DNA of 64,000 nt from Octopus vulgaris (GCA_951406725.2 OX597830.1:49228001-49292000); one strand, 5' to 3'; shown: positions 1-13,315, counted from the stretch's first letter. Notes: a model not told the origin generated them from the sequence alone. Made by a program: numbers and translations.

Positions 1-57
1 CTATTTCCCTCCTGTCTCCTGCACCTGCCTTCGTCTTCCGTTTTTCTGTGAATTTCA

Positions 58-58
58 A

Positions 59-152
<94 letters not shown>

Positions 153-162
153 CTCTCTCTCT

Positions 163-220
<58 letters not shown>
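58..220. repeat. Compound microsatellite (ATCT)n-(CT)n-(TA)n
   Basis: Directly visible tandem repeats. Confidence 0.97.
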
Positions 221-226
<6 letters not shown>

Positions 227-395
227 ATAATGGAGTCGAACGAAGATGTTAGCAAAATTCCTTTACACTCGACACGCTTCAGCCGTGTTTCTGACATGAA
301 TTTGCTACGCTGGTATCGGTTCATCGAATTTTCAATGCTGACGGTAAACATAGGATAATTCATTCACCTATCGAAATATATATATACATATATAT

Positions 396-1305
396 ATAGT
401 CTTCCCGTAAATAATGCGATTTTTATACTTTCGTTTTTCAAAATTCAAATAAACAAAGTCCTTTTTTAAAATATACCCTCCTTTATTTTCTGCAATGCTT
501 TTCCATCTATCTGGTAGACTTGCAAGATGTCTCTTCGAAAATTCATTTGTCCGAGACGTAAAATATTCCTCCAGTATTGTTCTGCCCTCATCTACAGAAT
601 TCATACTTTTTTCCGTCCAAGTGATTTTGAAGACAGCGGAATAAATGATAATCAAATGTGGCAATGTAGGTGGGACATCGTTTCCCATTCAAACTGCTCT
701 ATCCTTTGGAATGTCATTCTCGCTGTATGTGGCTGAGCATTATCCTGATGGAAGAACACTTTTCGTCTTGAAACTTGAAACTAAAGATGGTCATTCTTCT
801 TCAGCTGGTGTCGATGAATGGTTGAATGCCCAAATCCAAGCTTCTCTACTACTTCCTCATCAGTTACGATGGGATTTTATCCCCCCAGAGTTCGCAGGAC
901 GTCCTCGTCGAGCTCTACAGATCTTCCAGGACGGGGCTCGTCTTCAGGGCTGTAGTTTCCAGCTCGCAATTTCTAGAACCACCGTTGTCATTGGCTTACG
1001 CTTATTGTCCGTTCCCCATATACTGCATTAATATTCCTCGCACTTACCGTTGCGTTGTAGCATTTATTAAACTCATAAAGCAGCAAAATATGGCGGATAT
1101 GCTCTTTTGTCTCTTCCATTATAGCTTTGAAAAAATTACTGCTAAAATCGAACTGCACTCTTCAAAACGTGCACTAAGAATAAGTAGAAGGTAAAATTAC
1201 TACCTGTATTTTTAGTAAGTTGATGCAGGTAGTTTATTCCGTCCCCTGCTTTTTTTTGTTAATGCAATTGAAAAAAAACCGCATTATTTATGCGATGGCA
1301 CAATA
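396..1305 (-). mobile_element. Internally deleted mariner (Mos1-like) DNA transposon
   Basis: Minus strand from ATG at 1119 reads MEETKEHIRHILLLYEFNK..NATVSARNINAVYGERTISVSQ*QRWF*KLRAGNYSPEDEPRPGRS (mariner HTH N-terminus, with stops). The C-terminus reads EEYFTSRTNEFSKRHLASLPDRWKSIAENKGGYIL. Imperfect TIRs share TAAATAATGCG[A/G]TTTTT (408-424 and rc 1273-1289). At ~900 bp it lacks most of the catalytic region. Confidence 0.9.
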
Positions 1306-1329
1306 CATTGCTTTTCCCTTTGACTCACA

Positions 1330-1389
<60 letters not shown>

Positions 1390-1559
1390 CGCGAAAGTAT
1401 CTAATCAGTGAACTCGAAACAGTTTTGAGCATTTCATAGTCATGTTAATTTGACCAGTTGAGTAAGCAATTCAGTTAACACCGGGACTCTGTAATATGGA
1501 ATACTTAATATATTTCCTTCAACTACAATATGAAATTCTTTGTTTGCAAATTCACCACC

Positions 1560-1630
<71 letters not shown>

Positions 1631-2063
1631 GTATCTACGTATAGTCTATTACGCAAGAATTAGTTGCCCGAGTGTAGTGGAAGTTTAGTGTAAAGTGTGT
1701 TTGAGTAAACACCAATGCACAAAAACAAAAAAAAAAACAACAAAAATAAAGCTTTAAAGAAGCCCAAATTCTTGTTTTACTTAATTTTGGCAACCTAGGC
1801 TAAATTGAATTTAAGTTTTTAGTTTAGAATCTCAGAAAATTATCTTTCTGCTGTATCTTCCGTTTAATACCATTCTTGAATCGTAAATTTAAAATTTCGC
1901 ACAATTATTTACGCATTCATTCAACACTAAATTTGTTATGTCGTATATATATAGTGAAAATGAAAATGATTGAAGAGATTTCAACACTCTAATGTTTGCA
2001 CATAAATAAATATACTTCCGAAATATTTTGAAGAAATACATGTATATTCGTACATAAGTACTC

Positions 2064-2344
<281 letters not shown>

Positions 2345-2689
2345 AAACATCAACACAAACTAAACAATAATTCCTCCTTTAGTTATCATCCCTAGACATC
2401 AATAGAAATAAAACACAACTCTTGCATGAATGCAATCAATAGAGACAGAAAATAAATTCTCCAACGTAATAAATATATTTAGTGCTTAGATCTATAAAAA
2501 AAAACCAACAAAAAAATCAAACAACAACAATAGTTTACATAATCTGAACTCGTTCCTCCCCTCCCTCACGAAGAGACATCCACCACCCTAGTAAGCAGTT
2601 AATGTCATATTGCAGTAATTTCGTGTTGTTAAACCCAGGTTTTATTTCCATTCTTATCACATTGTCACGGTTTGTGGTGGTGGATTGTC

Positions 2690-2830
2690 ATGGTGAACAG
2701 AGTCGGACAAAATGTCATGCAGTATTTCTCCTCACTCTGGGTTCAAATCTGGTGGAGGCCAGGTTTACATTTCCTCCCTTTCGGGTCGATAAATTACAAC
2801 ATCCGCCCCTCTTAAATATCAGACCTTGTG
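2690..2830 (+). mobile_element. Degraded SINE, Nin/Deu-domain-like family
   Basis: ctgggttcaaatctggtggaggccaggtttacatttcctccctttcgggtcgataaatta resembles the better copy at 60198. Confidence 0.6.
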
Positions 2831-3046
2831 CAAGGGGGAGCTGAAAAGTTCGTAGCTTCAAGGGTCTCGCACAAGGCCTGGTTTGAGTCCCAATCTTCCG
2901 AGATCTCCTATTGGGCTTAGAAAAACTGAAGAACCATGGCAATAAGTGTGTCAATCTGAGAAGGGAATATGTCGAATAAAATCATAATTAACTGATCCTT
3001 CTGTATTTTCTTTAAACCAAAGTCAGGAGCTTTTCAGCACCCTTCT
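2831..3046 (+). mobile_element. Mariner-derived MITE (~215 bp), copy 1
   Basis: TIRs gggggagctgaaaagttc ... ggagcttttcagcaccct. The interior retains a transposase C-terminal remnant (GLEKLKNHGNKCVNLRREYVE*). Homologous to 10746 and 11016. Confidence 0.8.
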
Positions 3047-3567
3047 TACCTTATCTAGAAACAATTAGAAACCAGTGCTCAATCAGTGGGTGGGGTTCAG
3101 TAGAGTACCAGAAAAATACCCTGTGGTATTTAATTACGTTGTTTTAAGTTTTCAGTTCGAAGTCCAACGAAGTTAACTTCGTATATAAACATCCAGAGTC
3201 AATACAATAAGAAGAAATGAAGTATTAGAATAAACTTGATCGATCATTGCGCTTCGTTAGATTTCTGCCCTGCGCAGAAGGATAGATACTGTAATATTTG
3301 AAACAAACATCCCTTTTAATCCTTCAGCACGAACGTTCACTTGGTCTCGTATATTTCGTCTTAAACACGTGTGTAAGGAGGAATAATTATATTATATGTG
3401 TGTATATATGTATGTGTGTAGTCAGGGCTTCGTCCCGAGCTGAACTGTGATCACGGCTGTTTTGACATAAGCGTTCAGAGAAAATTTAGTATATGACTCC
3501 ACCTAATAAGGTCGAGCAACATGGATTCTCCGGACGCTATGTATGTAAATATATATATATATATGAA

Positions 3568-3605
<38 letters not shown>

Positions 3606-3607
<2 letters not shown>

Positions 3608-4050
3608 TTCATTTAGAGATAATAGGCCCCTTCATCCCACCATATAAAAGAATTTTAATTTAATTTAATAATTACTACTTATATGGTTGGATGAAGGGGC
3701 CTACTATCTCTAAGTGAAAAAAATATATATTTCCTCATTGAGAATAATTTGAACCCCTGTGATGCCGGAATTTTTATTCCCTAACAAATAAAATTATAAT
3801 TAAAAAAATTAGAGACATATATAGGTACATACCGATGTACAAACGGATTAATATTCCAGTTAAATATATGACCACAAGTGTCCGACTATGCCACAAATCT
3901 CAAGGCTGTACCTAGGAACATACATTGCACCGATTCTATTGCGCTTAATAGACTTCAGATCCACGTTAATTTCAGGTTCCGATTAAGGTGAATAATTTAT
4001 AACTATTGTTCACCTCCCTCGAAACCTGCAGTTAGTGTGGATCTGGAGTA
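3606..4050. repeat. Interspersed repeat with two long hairpins, bounded by (TA)n; possibly Penelope-associated
   Basis: Inverted repeats at 3606-3720 and 3953-4048. The segment at 3725-3790 recurs near-identically at ~37571-37638. Confidence 0.65.
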
Positions 4051-4069
4051 TATATATATAAATATATAT

Positions 4070-4262
4070 ATAGTTAATCCAAACAAGAAAACACAAAAGA
4101 CACAACAACGCGGGGACGTGGAATAAATATAGTATTATTGGACGCTCAGGAAAGAAGGGAAGAAGTAGGGTTTAACGTTTCGAGCGGAGCTCTTCGTCGG
4201 AAACATAGGAGAAGGCAAGATCCCGAGAAGGGAAGACAGAGGAAAAAAATCGCCAACGGTGG
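4070..4262 (-). mobile_element. Penelope-like pseudo-LTR fragment carrying a minimal hammerhead
   Basis: Adjacent to (TA)n and contains a hammerhead motif. Minimal type I hammerheads are characteristic of Penelope-like elements. Confidence 0.6.
4170..4204 (-). ncRNA. Minimal type I hammerhead ribozyme motif (U4C variant)
   Basis: rc = GTTT-CCGACGA-A-GAGC-tcc-GCTC-GAAA-CG-TT-AAAC: stem I GTTT/AAAC, stem II GAGC/GCTC, palindromic ACGT stem III. Confidence 0.7.
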
Positions 4263-4424
4263 GGTTCTTGTAAACCTTGCGGAATACCAAATTCAACAGG
4301 CTGTGAGGCTGTGGTATAATATGATTCCCGAACTGCTGATTTGTCAGATCGAGCGATAATCTGCACGGCTGCTGCAAAAAAGGACACACACAAAATAATT
4401 TAGGTTAACATCGTAAGTATTATC

Positions 4425-4668
4425 TTGAGTCGTATGGATCATAGGCCAAGTCACCCAGTTTCTATGGTGTATAAGTGACCAAGTACACAATACTCTCCTG
4501 AACGGGACGCCAATCCATCGCAAAGTTACTCATTTACATCTTAGTAGACTAGTGTAATGTGGAATGATTTGTTTTTTTTTACCTAAGGACACTGTCAAGT
4601 CCCGGAGTCTAAACCATATTCTTGCGATCTTAAGTGGAGCGCCCTAACCGCTAGGCCACATGCCTTCT
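4425..4668 (-). mobile_element. Degraded tRNA-derived SINE (Meta-SINE-like)
   Basis: rc head ggcatgtggcctagcggttagggcgctccact (A-box), followed by tgtccttagg and a gatggattggcgtcccgt core. Confidence 0.6.
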
Positions 4669-5455
4669 CCTCATTGACATAAAGATAACATCGTATAATA
4701 TTTCTATTTTTTCTGTCTTTCACTTTCTATCATGTTGATAATATATCTTCTATTGCAGACCCAGCGGCTATCTTTATTAATGAAGCTATGTTGTTGTGTA
4801 CGATAAATGTGTGGGAGGATATATTCCCTCTTCATTGAAATTCTACCAAAAAATATATAAACGATATTATTCCAATAGTTATACGGGTTTATTTCTGATA
4901 CAGCTCAAAAATTACCTTCATCTAACAAAGATTCATTATTACTCTAGAGTGTAGAATAACAATCGAAGAAAACAAAATCAAAATTCTCTTCGTGTGATCT
5001 GAAAACTTACCATTATTGCTTCCCACACAAAATAATACTAAATTCTCATGGAACGGTCCAAAATCATTATGAGATCTTCAAGGATAAACTTAATTACATG
5101 GAATATTAATACTAGTAAAATGGCGTTGGAATCGAGATTATGGAAGGATCGAAATAGTCTAAAATTCTTGAAAAATATATAAATTTTTCTCATTTTTTTT
5201 TTGTTCTCGTTTAATGTTACGTTAATTGTGACATAATATAGATGTCGGCTTGATTGGAATTTTGTATAACGAATAGGATGTTACGTTATTTCTAATTAAC
5301 TTGCAACTAGTAACTTTATCGTTGATTAGGAAACAGAGTAAGATAATGAAGTGCACAGCCTAACAACGCAAGTGAAAGCAAGCTGTCCATAACATATCTT
5401 ATAGCAATTTACCTTCGTTTCCTTTAACAATCTCTTTTAGTCTATGTATCTATCA

Positions 5456-5502
<47 letters not shown>

Positions 5503-6404
5503 GTTTGTGTGTATATAACGATAAATAAACGAAATGTTTTTCTTTAGGAAATGATTCACTGTTCGAAGTAATAAGAATATGAACGAAAGTTGTTCACAGT
5601 TAAACGCACAGTAAATCTATTTTCCTATAAAACAAAAACCGATGAAGCACGATGAACCACATAAAAAGACAACAAGTGGCTGAGATCCGACTCTGAAGTA
5701 TGTAAAATGTAGAAGATGTGGATAAGAATTTTAATTAATTTGCTTGGACCAGTAGAGTAAGTTCCAACGTTAACATAATCCTAAAAATTGCTGGCACATT
5801 TCTGCTTGCGAATAGTACGAAGTTTGAGGAACACTTTCTGGATATAACCGAAAAGAAGTAGGAAAACGTGCGACAGTTTCATGTTCATTAAATTCAGTTT
5901 GGGATGTAAAGTTCGCTTGGTTTCTCATCATTAGTGGACCACCATGCTGGTAGACAAAACATTGATAGTTTACGCCTGGATGAAACAGCAAAAATTTCTG
6001 TGAAAACTCAACCAACAAAATACAGTTTGATTGGACATTAGCACCACAGTTGTCCCGTCTCTTATTTCATGTTATATTGATTTTTAATGGCTTGTAAGAC
6101 AACCTTTTGTATAGAAGGCATATCTATATTTGAAACAAACCACTCTCTTTCCAGTATTTATCTGATCGTTTACAAATGACTGAATCATCAATTCCTACTG
6201 TTTTCAGCTAGCATTTTCAGAGCATGCTGTGCTTGCACTGCTGCTACCTTTGTGAACTGAAAGGACAAAACAGGACACTTTTTTATAAAAGGAGTGGTGT
6301 CTTTCGTCGATGTATATTTATGTGAATGCATTTCTGTTTGTTAACAGAACTTCCTTCTCTCTTTGAACTTATAAATCCACATACATGTGTGACACACCTA
6401 TCCA

Positions 6405-6427
6405 TATATATCCATATATATATATAC

Positions 6428-6485
<58 letters not shown>

Positions 6486-6509
6486 GTAGGTAGATATATA
6501 TATATATAT

Positions 6510-6547
<38 letters not shown>

Positions 6548-6548
6548 C

Positions 6549-6603
<55 letters not shown>

Positions 6604-6620
6604 CGATAGATAGATAGATA
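6405..6620. repeat. (TA)n/(GATA)n microsatellite
   Basis: Directly visible. Confidence 0.95.
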
Positions 6621-7222
6621 TGTGATTAACTAAGAACAGCGTCACAGTATTTAGTATGTCACACATCCGACTAATTATTTTCATCTTCATCATTCAACTG
6701 TCTCTACAATATATTACTTTCTTTCACAGTTCGATAATTTGGCGATCACGATCCATCATTGACGCTTTTTGATCAAGATAATATGAATATTTCTTTGTAT
6801 TACACATACACACGCTCACACACACAGGTTCGTTCACACGCACACACACGTACGCACGCCCGCAAACACACACGCACATACACGCGCGCGCGCGCATCTA
6901 TGGATCTCCGTCAGTTACTCTTACCAACTCCTTGAATTAAGATGGGAAATTATTCTACAATTACGTGTACCTTTTACCTTAAACGTAATTCGCATCTAGA
7001 ATTGATATGACACAATGGGTGACAAGACTGCAACTTTAAATTGCACAGTTTCACTCAGAAAGATGATAACCCGAAGTTATGGTAAAAAAATAAAGACCTT
7101 TCGGTTTGATGCCAAATAGTAGTATCAAACATGAGAACTCGTGGCTACGAAAAGATCTCTTTAATAAGTGTGCTATGTTGCATGCATGTATGTATGCATC
7201 CGTCCGTCCGTCCGCCCGCATG

Positions 7223-7308
<86 letters not shown>

Positions 7309-7309
<1 letters not shown>

Positions 7310-8926
7310 CGAGACCTTTCGACATTGCACGTTCGGTCCGTCAGGGATGCCCCCTCTCGGCGCTTCTATACGTATTGACTCTTGAGCCACTACTGCGGAA
7401 GCTGGCGACTCTGAGGGGCATCCCGCGAGAATTGGGATGCGGGACGAGCGTGTCTGCATACGCGGACGACGTCACCGTCATAGTGTCAAGCCACGAGTAC
7501 ATCGAGCTGGTCGCCGAGATACTGAAAGGCTACGAAGCGGTGACAGGAGCAAAAATCAACCGGGAAAAGTCAGTGGGCTTGCGGCTCGGCACCTGGAGAA
7601 GCAAGCCCATGCCGTCCACCAGTACCTCCGTCGTGGGACGCTGGACAGACGGCCCGGTTGAGTTGCTCGGGGTCTGGTTCGGTCCGGACCTCCAAATGGA
7701 GAAGAACTGGAACGAGATAACGAGTAGGGTGGTCACTCTCGCCCAGCAATGGGCCGAGAGGAAACTGTCCCTAAAAGGTCGGGCGGAGGTGCGGAACACG
7801 TACATCGCGTCCATCATCTACTACCGCATGACCGTCGTACCTTGTCCCGACCCTACCATCACCAAACTAGAACGCATTCTCTTCCGCTTCTTGTGGAAAG
7901 GGTGCGTCCCGATGGTCAGGCGATCCATTTGCTGTCAACACCCGTTAAAAGGAGGGCTGGGTATGCCATGGTTGATGATGCGCAGACACGCGCTGAGACT
8001 GCAATATCTCCGGCTCTATGTAGACGACGGTGAACAGGTGTGGTCGCCGTTTGTGAGGCACGCTTTCCCGCAGCTCGTCTCCATGACCGAACTGCAGTCG
8101 TGGATCAAAAAGAGGCTGAGGAAGGGCGAATGGCACCGCGAGTGTCGCGTTGCTCTCAAGCAACTCTGCCGTCCCGGGTCGAGCTTGAGTGATTTCAACA
8201 CAACCAAAGCATTCTATAGGGGTTTGGTGGAGGGGAGGTACGACGACGAGCTCGGGGCGAACCTGGACGTCGACGAGGAGTACCTGACCCGCCTGTTCAG
8301 GACGACCTTCGGGCCAGGGACCCATGGACAACTTCCAGAGATCCCTGGCCTGGTGGTGCTACCGAGAAGCGCTACCCGTTCGGGATAAGCTCTACAGACA
8401 TGGCTCGAGAGACACGGGGCCGACCTGCCCGAGATGCGGTCAGAGCGACGAAACCGTTCTGCACGCACTCGTTCAGTGTCCAACAATCTCCGACCTGTGG
8501 GCTTATGTCGAACAACTGCTGTCACGTGTGGGACGAGTCGGTTTATCAGCTGAGTCTATCGTCAATATTGTCACGCCTCCTTCCTTCAAACGGGAAGGAA
8601 GAGCTATTTTCATCATCCTTGTGGCTATGGCGAAAGAATGTATCTGGTGGACGCGTCTGAAAGGATTAGAGACAAACACTTTCCTCTCTGGTCAATCTCT
8701 CATCAACTTCTTCAAGTACCACTTGAAAAGGAAAGTGAGAGTAGAGAGGCAAGTTTTGTCTAGCGAATGTTTTAAAAAAAGATGGGTGAATGTAGCAAGA
8801 ATGGCACGTATGAATGACGAAGCCACCTCAAATGAGCATAGTCCACGTATGAACCCAGACTATGATTCTATGAACCGTAAAATTGAAAACAGAGAGTTGC
8901 TTATTTGCAAAAAAAATAAAATGTGA
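7309..8926 (+). pseudogene. Tx1-type ORF2 remnant (RT C-terminal half plus zinc knuckle), one frameshift near 8320
   Basis: ORFs 7168-8388 and 8324-8926 join as ...RTTFGPG / MDNFQRSLAW.... The N-terminal YLSI run of the first ORF is microsatellite read-through. Confidence 0.88.
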
Positions 8927-9257
8927 CATCATTGACCGAGGTTACCGGTCTTTTCCGTAGGCTTTTCTTTCCACGGGTAAACCTCACCTGTCCTCCCCTT
9001 TACACTTCATATTGACATTTCTGTGATAACGATCCCTATTGATCAATTTTTTTTCCTCCCCCCCCCTTTTTTTTTTAACCCCCCTTTTTTTTGTCCTCTT
9101 TCTCTCCTTTTACGATTCCTTTTGATCGAAAACTCAAACCCCTTCCTTTTTTTTTTTTTTTCCTTCTTGTGCAGCCTTCAAAAGAAAATATCTATCTACT
9201 ATCTTGTAATTTGTTCTATCTGTGTGCAGTTTCTATCTGTCCGTCTAATAAAGAAAC
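7309..9257 (+). mobile_element. 5'-truncated non-LTR retrotransposon, Tx1/L1 group, embedded in (TATC)n
   Basis: RT motifs RSVRQGCPLSALLY, AYADDV, GAKINREKS, LLGVWF, KLSLKGR and GGLG, then a zf-RVT-like region (CPRCGQSDETVLHALVQC). The 3' UTR is pyrimidine-rich and ends AATAAAGAAAC. (TATC)n flanks both sides (7223-7308 and 9258-9504). Confidence 0.93.
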
Positions 9258-9258
9258 A

Positions 9259-9341
<83 letters not shown>

Positions 9342-9344
9342 TTT

Positions 9345-9505
<161 letters not shown>

Positions 9506-10745
9506 TCATTCACACGCATCCATACATATATTTGTGTCAATGTTGTATTAAGAACGACATTTGTGTTTAACAATTTTTAATAACAATTTTTCAGATTTTT
9601 TTTATTGGTCTTTACTTTTCATTTTATAAAATTAGCGCGCCTAAATACATAAATCTTTTAAAGTGTTGAAGCTATTTGCTATTTCGCTTCCATGATTGTA
9701 AAATGGCGTGTTTCTGCACGTTTTGCGTTGGGCCGCAAAGGATTATGGGAGCGTTGGTGACATTTTTTTTCTAATTATATTTCTCAATGCTTTATTTGAA
9801 AACATTTTAACGGCATATTCTGTTTGAAGTTTTATTTTTAATATACTGATTGAGTTGGCACATTGAAAAGATTCTTGCTTGGAGTGGAGACAACTCCGAT
9901 ATGAGATTGTGTATCAGTAAATAATCGTTTGACTAGCAACAGCATGAACTGAAGTCATACTTGAAACAGCTGTGTGTGTAAATAACGCTTTAAACATTAG
10001 TGAAAAAAAAATGAACAGAATGTGTTTATATCTGTAGATAACATTTAATATACCGATATCAAATATCTTTGAGTTTATCTAAGACTTCAAAACAACAACG
10101 ATAACACTCCCCTTACGCCCCCACACAAACACGCAAACTCACACACAACCCACGCACACCCATTTATATATATTTTATATTCTGTCAAGATATGTGATAT
10201 AAATCGAAGAATATATTATTGGAACGCTTATATTTCTAGCACTGGATGTTCTGTAGGCTGTTAAGGAATTTTGTTTGTTTGTAAAAAGAAAAAAAAAACA
10301 ATTAATGTAACGACATATGTTCCTTATGTGGATGAAACGCTAGTTTGCTTCTGTTAATGAGTAGCGCCCACGATAGACTAAACACTTGGTCTATCGTGAT
10401 AGACATGAAACTGTTTGGTTTACCAGTGATAGACTAAACTGTGTTTTGTTTATTACTGGTAACACGGAACTTAGATATTGTTCATATGCGGTATCAGTAC
10501 TATCATTGGCCATTCTATCATTGGTCACTCTGTCTTTCATGCTTTTTGGTTGGTCGGTTAAATACCAGCAATACATTCATTCTTTACAATGCAAAATAAT
10601 CTATTTCCTGAAAATATACTCCACTTTCTTGTCAAATAAAGCCATATCAATTACGATGTGTTCTTATAGAAAACTGTCAGCTGTAACTGAAAAAATTGAA
10701 GCCGTTTACAGTTTATATTGTCTCAGGTGACGCATATGATCATAG

Positions 10746-10951
10746 ACGAGGGGTTGCTGAAAAGCTCCTGACTTTCAGGGTGTCGCGAAAAGCCTGGTTG
10801 GAAGCCCAGCGTTCCGAGTCCTTTTACAGGACTTAGAAAATTGAATAACAGGTGCAATAAGTGTATGAATCTGAGAAGGGAATATTTAGAATAGAATCAT
10901 AATCCCTTCATATTTTTAACCGAAGCCAGGAACCTTTCACCACCTCCTTGT
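10746..10951 (+). mobile_element. Mariner-derived MITE, copy 2
   Basis: acgagggttgctgaaaagctcctgac ... gccaggaacctttcaccacctccttgt; colinear with 2831-3046. Confidence 0.8.
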
Positions 10952-11015
10952 GCGTGCGCGATTGTGTGTAAGTGTGTGTGTATGTGTATGTGTGTGTGCG
11001 TGTGTGTGTGTGTAT

Positions 11016-11153
11016 GACGGGGTGCTGAAGAGGCCTTCTTGGAGGCCCAACCTTCAGAGTTCTTTTACAGGGCTTAGAAAACTGTAATAAGAATTTTCTG
11101 AGTGGAGTATTTTCTGTTACCCAAAGCCAGAAAATTTTCAGCGCCCCCTTGTA
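11016..11153 (+). mobile_element. Mariner-derived MITE, copy 3 (further deleted)
   Basis: gacggggtgctgaag ... gccagaaaattttcagcgcccccttgta; shares ttttacagggcttagaaaa with the other copies. Confidence 0.72.
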
Positions 11154-11652
11154 GGAGATTTGAAGTTCACCCTTTTTCTGTGCCTGGTCAAAAACGCTTT
11201 GTCAGTAAAGCCAACTATCATAGGAGGATGTTTTTATATTTCAGTGAATAAAAGGTTATGTTGCTCACTAATGAGAGGGGTGGGAATAAATTATTCTCAG
11301 ACCTGAAAATTGCATTGGAATCATCGAAACGTTTAAATACCAACCGGGTTATGGTCAGTCGACTAAGTGTACTACCGTGAAAACGAAAGTGTTGACCATA
11401 TCAAATAGTATTTTATTTAATGAATACATATCATTTTATCCCTGTCAACTTTTGTAGAACTGGTTAACACTCTCTATCACTTCAAGTTCATAGACATCAT
11501 TCTTTTAAAGTCTTACCTGTTGCATGGTAAAGAAAAGAATTTTAACGGGACTGATTTACTCAGGGACAAAACCCATGGCACGATTTAAAACTCTTGAACT
11601 GAAAATATACAAATATTTGCTCTTAGAAACTATAATTCTATAAATTTATATA

Positions 11653-11813
11653 TAAGAAACAAAAGACCAAACAAGATGACGTCCGCCATTATTGTTGACT
11701 GCAGTCAGCAAAACGGTAAAATAGTTCAATTATGTTATCAGGCACATATCGCAGATGTGGGCCACATCCTGAAAACGAAACGTGATCTGAAATTGGTGAG
11801 AATTTGTAATATA
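11653..11813. repeat. Local 161-bp direct duplication, copy A (copy B at 15720-15880)
   Basis: Eight substitutions counted by eye between the two copies. Confidence 0.92.
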
Positions 11814-12734
11814 AACTATAAATTTAGCCACACATGATACCTGAAGCCATGAGAGGTAAGTTACTTTGTAAGCGGCTAGACATCATTACTGAGATTCACC
11901 AACTAACTTAGTTTCTCTGTGTCATCGAAAGTTCAGGATGGCACAGTGTCAGAGGAAAACGATGAAGCTACAGCTGGTATAAAAAAATATAGACATGATC
12001 GTGCAGTACTATGTATTTCTTTAGTCTCGATTCGATAGTGAGTCTATGGCACAGGACAACAAATTAAGAAACACTTATTGTAATGCTCCCTAATTAAAAT
12101 AATGCACTGCTGCACATCTGCAATTCCCAATATAAATGCAGAGAAATGTATTCACGTCCAGTTAAAATTCGTTCAACTATAGCTGAATTAAAATCCATTA
12201 AAATGTGGAGGTAAAGAGTAGTCAACAACCAAACTTCCCGTGGACTTTAATCTTCATACAGATTAGTAAGATGCCATGAATCCATCAATCCCTTTTCATT
12301 TGCTTTCTATTAACCATCCCTAATCCTAATTACATTGGAAAGGTATGTTTATTCAAGTATTGGTTTAGTTGCAGTTAAGCACTCTAGCTTAATTATTAGT
12401 TAATTATCACTGTTTAAGAAAATTTCTTTTCAGTTTCTCACGATTGGAGTATCGTTATACCACTGTTCTACATAAAGTGAAGAAGAAAACACAATAGCTG
12501 TTAGTCGTAGATAATAAGAAAATGTGTTCTGTAATAGATGCGAATTGCAAATCTGATGCAAATTTAAAAGAAAAAGAAAACGTGGAATGTTAAAGGACCT
12601 TGAAGTCCAGCATCTGAAGATTTCATACTATAAAGCATTACAAGGACATGATCCTTGGCATCTTGAGAACTGCGATGAAAAATTTCAGAGGAGATTTTTG
12701 ATAGGTAGACCTTAATCTGTGAAAGGATACAAAT

Positions 12735-12797
12735 GGTCTTCGTATATTTGTACCCCAACGTCACTTTGATGGCATGTGCTACTCTCTCATTCAATTA
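12735..12797 (+). mobile_element. 3'-terminal fragment of the (TAA)n-anchored retroposon family
   Basis: cttcgtatatttgtaccccaacgtcactttgatggcatgtgctactctctcattcaat matches the 3' ends at 39440-39493 and 42510-42563. Confidence 0.75.
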
Positions 12798-12809
12798 TAA
12801 GATACACAA

Positions 12810-13008
12810 GTCAAAAGATTTACAGACATAGAGTTAGTCGATTCAATCGACACTAGCAGTTGACTAGTACCTTATTTTATCAACTCTGGAAGGATGAAAA
12901 GAAACGTTGATCTCTGCGGGATTTGAACTCAGAATGCAAGAAAACATAGGAAGTGTTGCAAATAATTTTTTTCTGAAGCTTTAACGAGTTTACCAACCCA
13001 TCGCCTTA
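12810..13008 (-). mobile_element. Degraded Nin/Deu-domain-like SINE
   Basis: aaggatgaaaag...gcgggatttgaactcagaa is the rc of the family core. Confidence 0.7.
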
Positions 13009-13315
13009 TCAATATCAATTTCTCATATTGATCATCTACTTTAAAGGAAAGGGCTTAATTGAGTAAATGGATATATGATAATTATTTATCTGCACTGGGT
13101 AAATGACAAACGAAATCAACAATCAAGTAGAGAGCGGGTTAAATCAGAAGGTTTCTACTATTTCGGGCAAAACTCCACACTTTCCTGGAGTGTGGTACAT
13201 GCAAAACAGGTTTCACCCAGAATATACTTTAGAAGTTATGTCAACTCTTATATACAGATGCTATCTAAGTCATATAAAGATAAATAAAAAAACTTAACGA
13301 GTAGCAGTGACGCTT

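Noticed and set aside
250-345. Possible hammerhead half-site (rc cggctGAAgcgtgTCgagtgt) in a Penelope-like fragment
   Set aside because: GAAA is mutated and no matching CUGANGA/stem I partner was found before the element is cut off.
5770-6018. 82-aa minus-strand ORF with natural-looking composition
   Set aside because: No recognisable domain and no supported upstream exon; cannot be called a CDS.
9699-9760. YY1-like (aaaatggcg) and ZNF143-like (gattatgggag) motifs suggesting a promoter
   Set aside because: Short partial motifs with no adjacent gene evidence.
10369-10463. CRISPR-like palindromic repeats
   Set aside because: Eukaryotic context, units are divergent and abut without spacers, and there are no cas genes.
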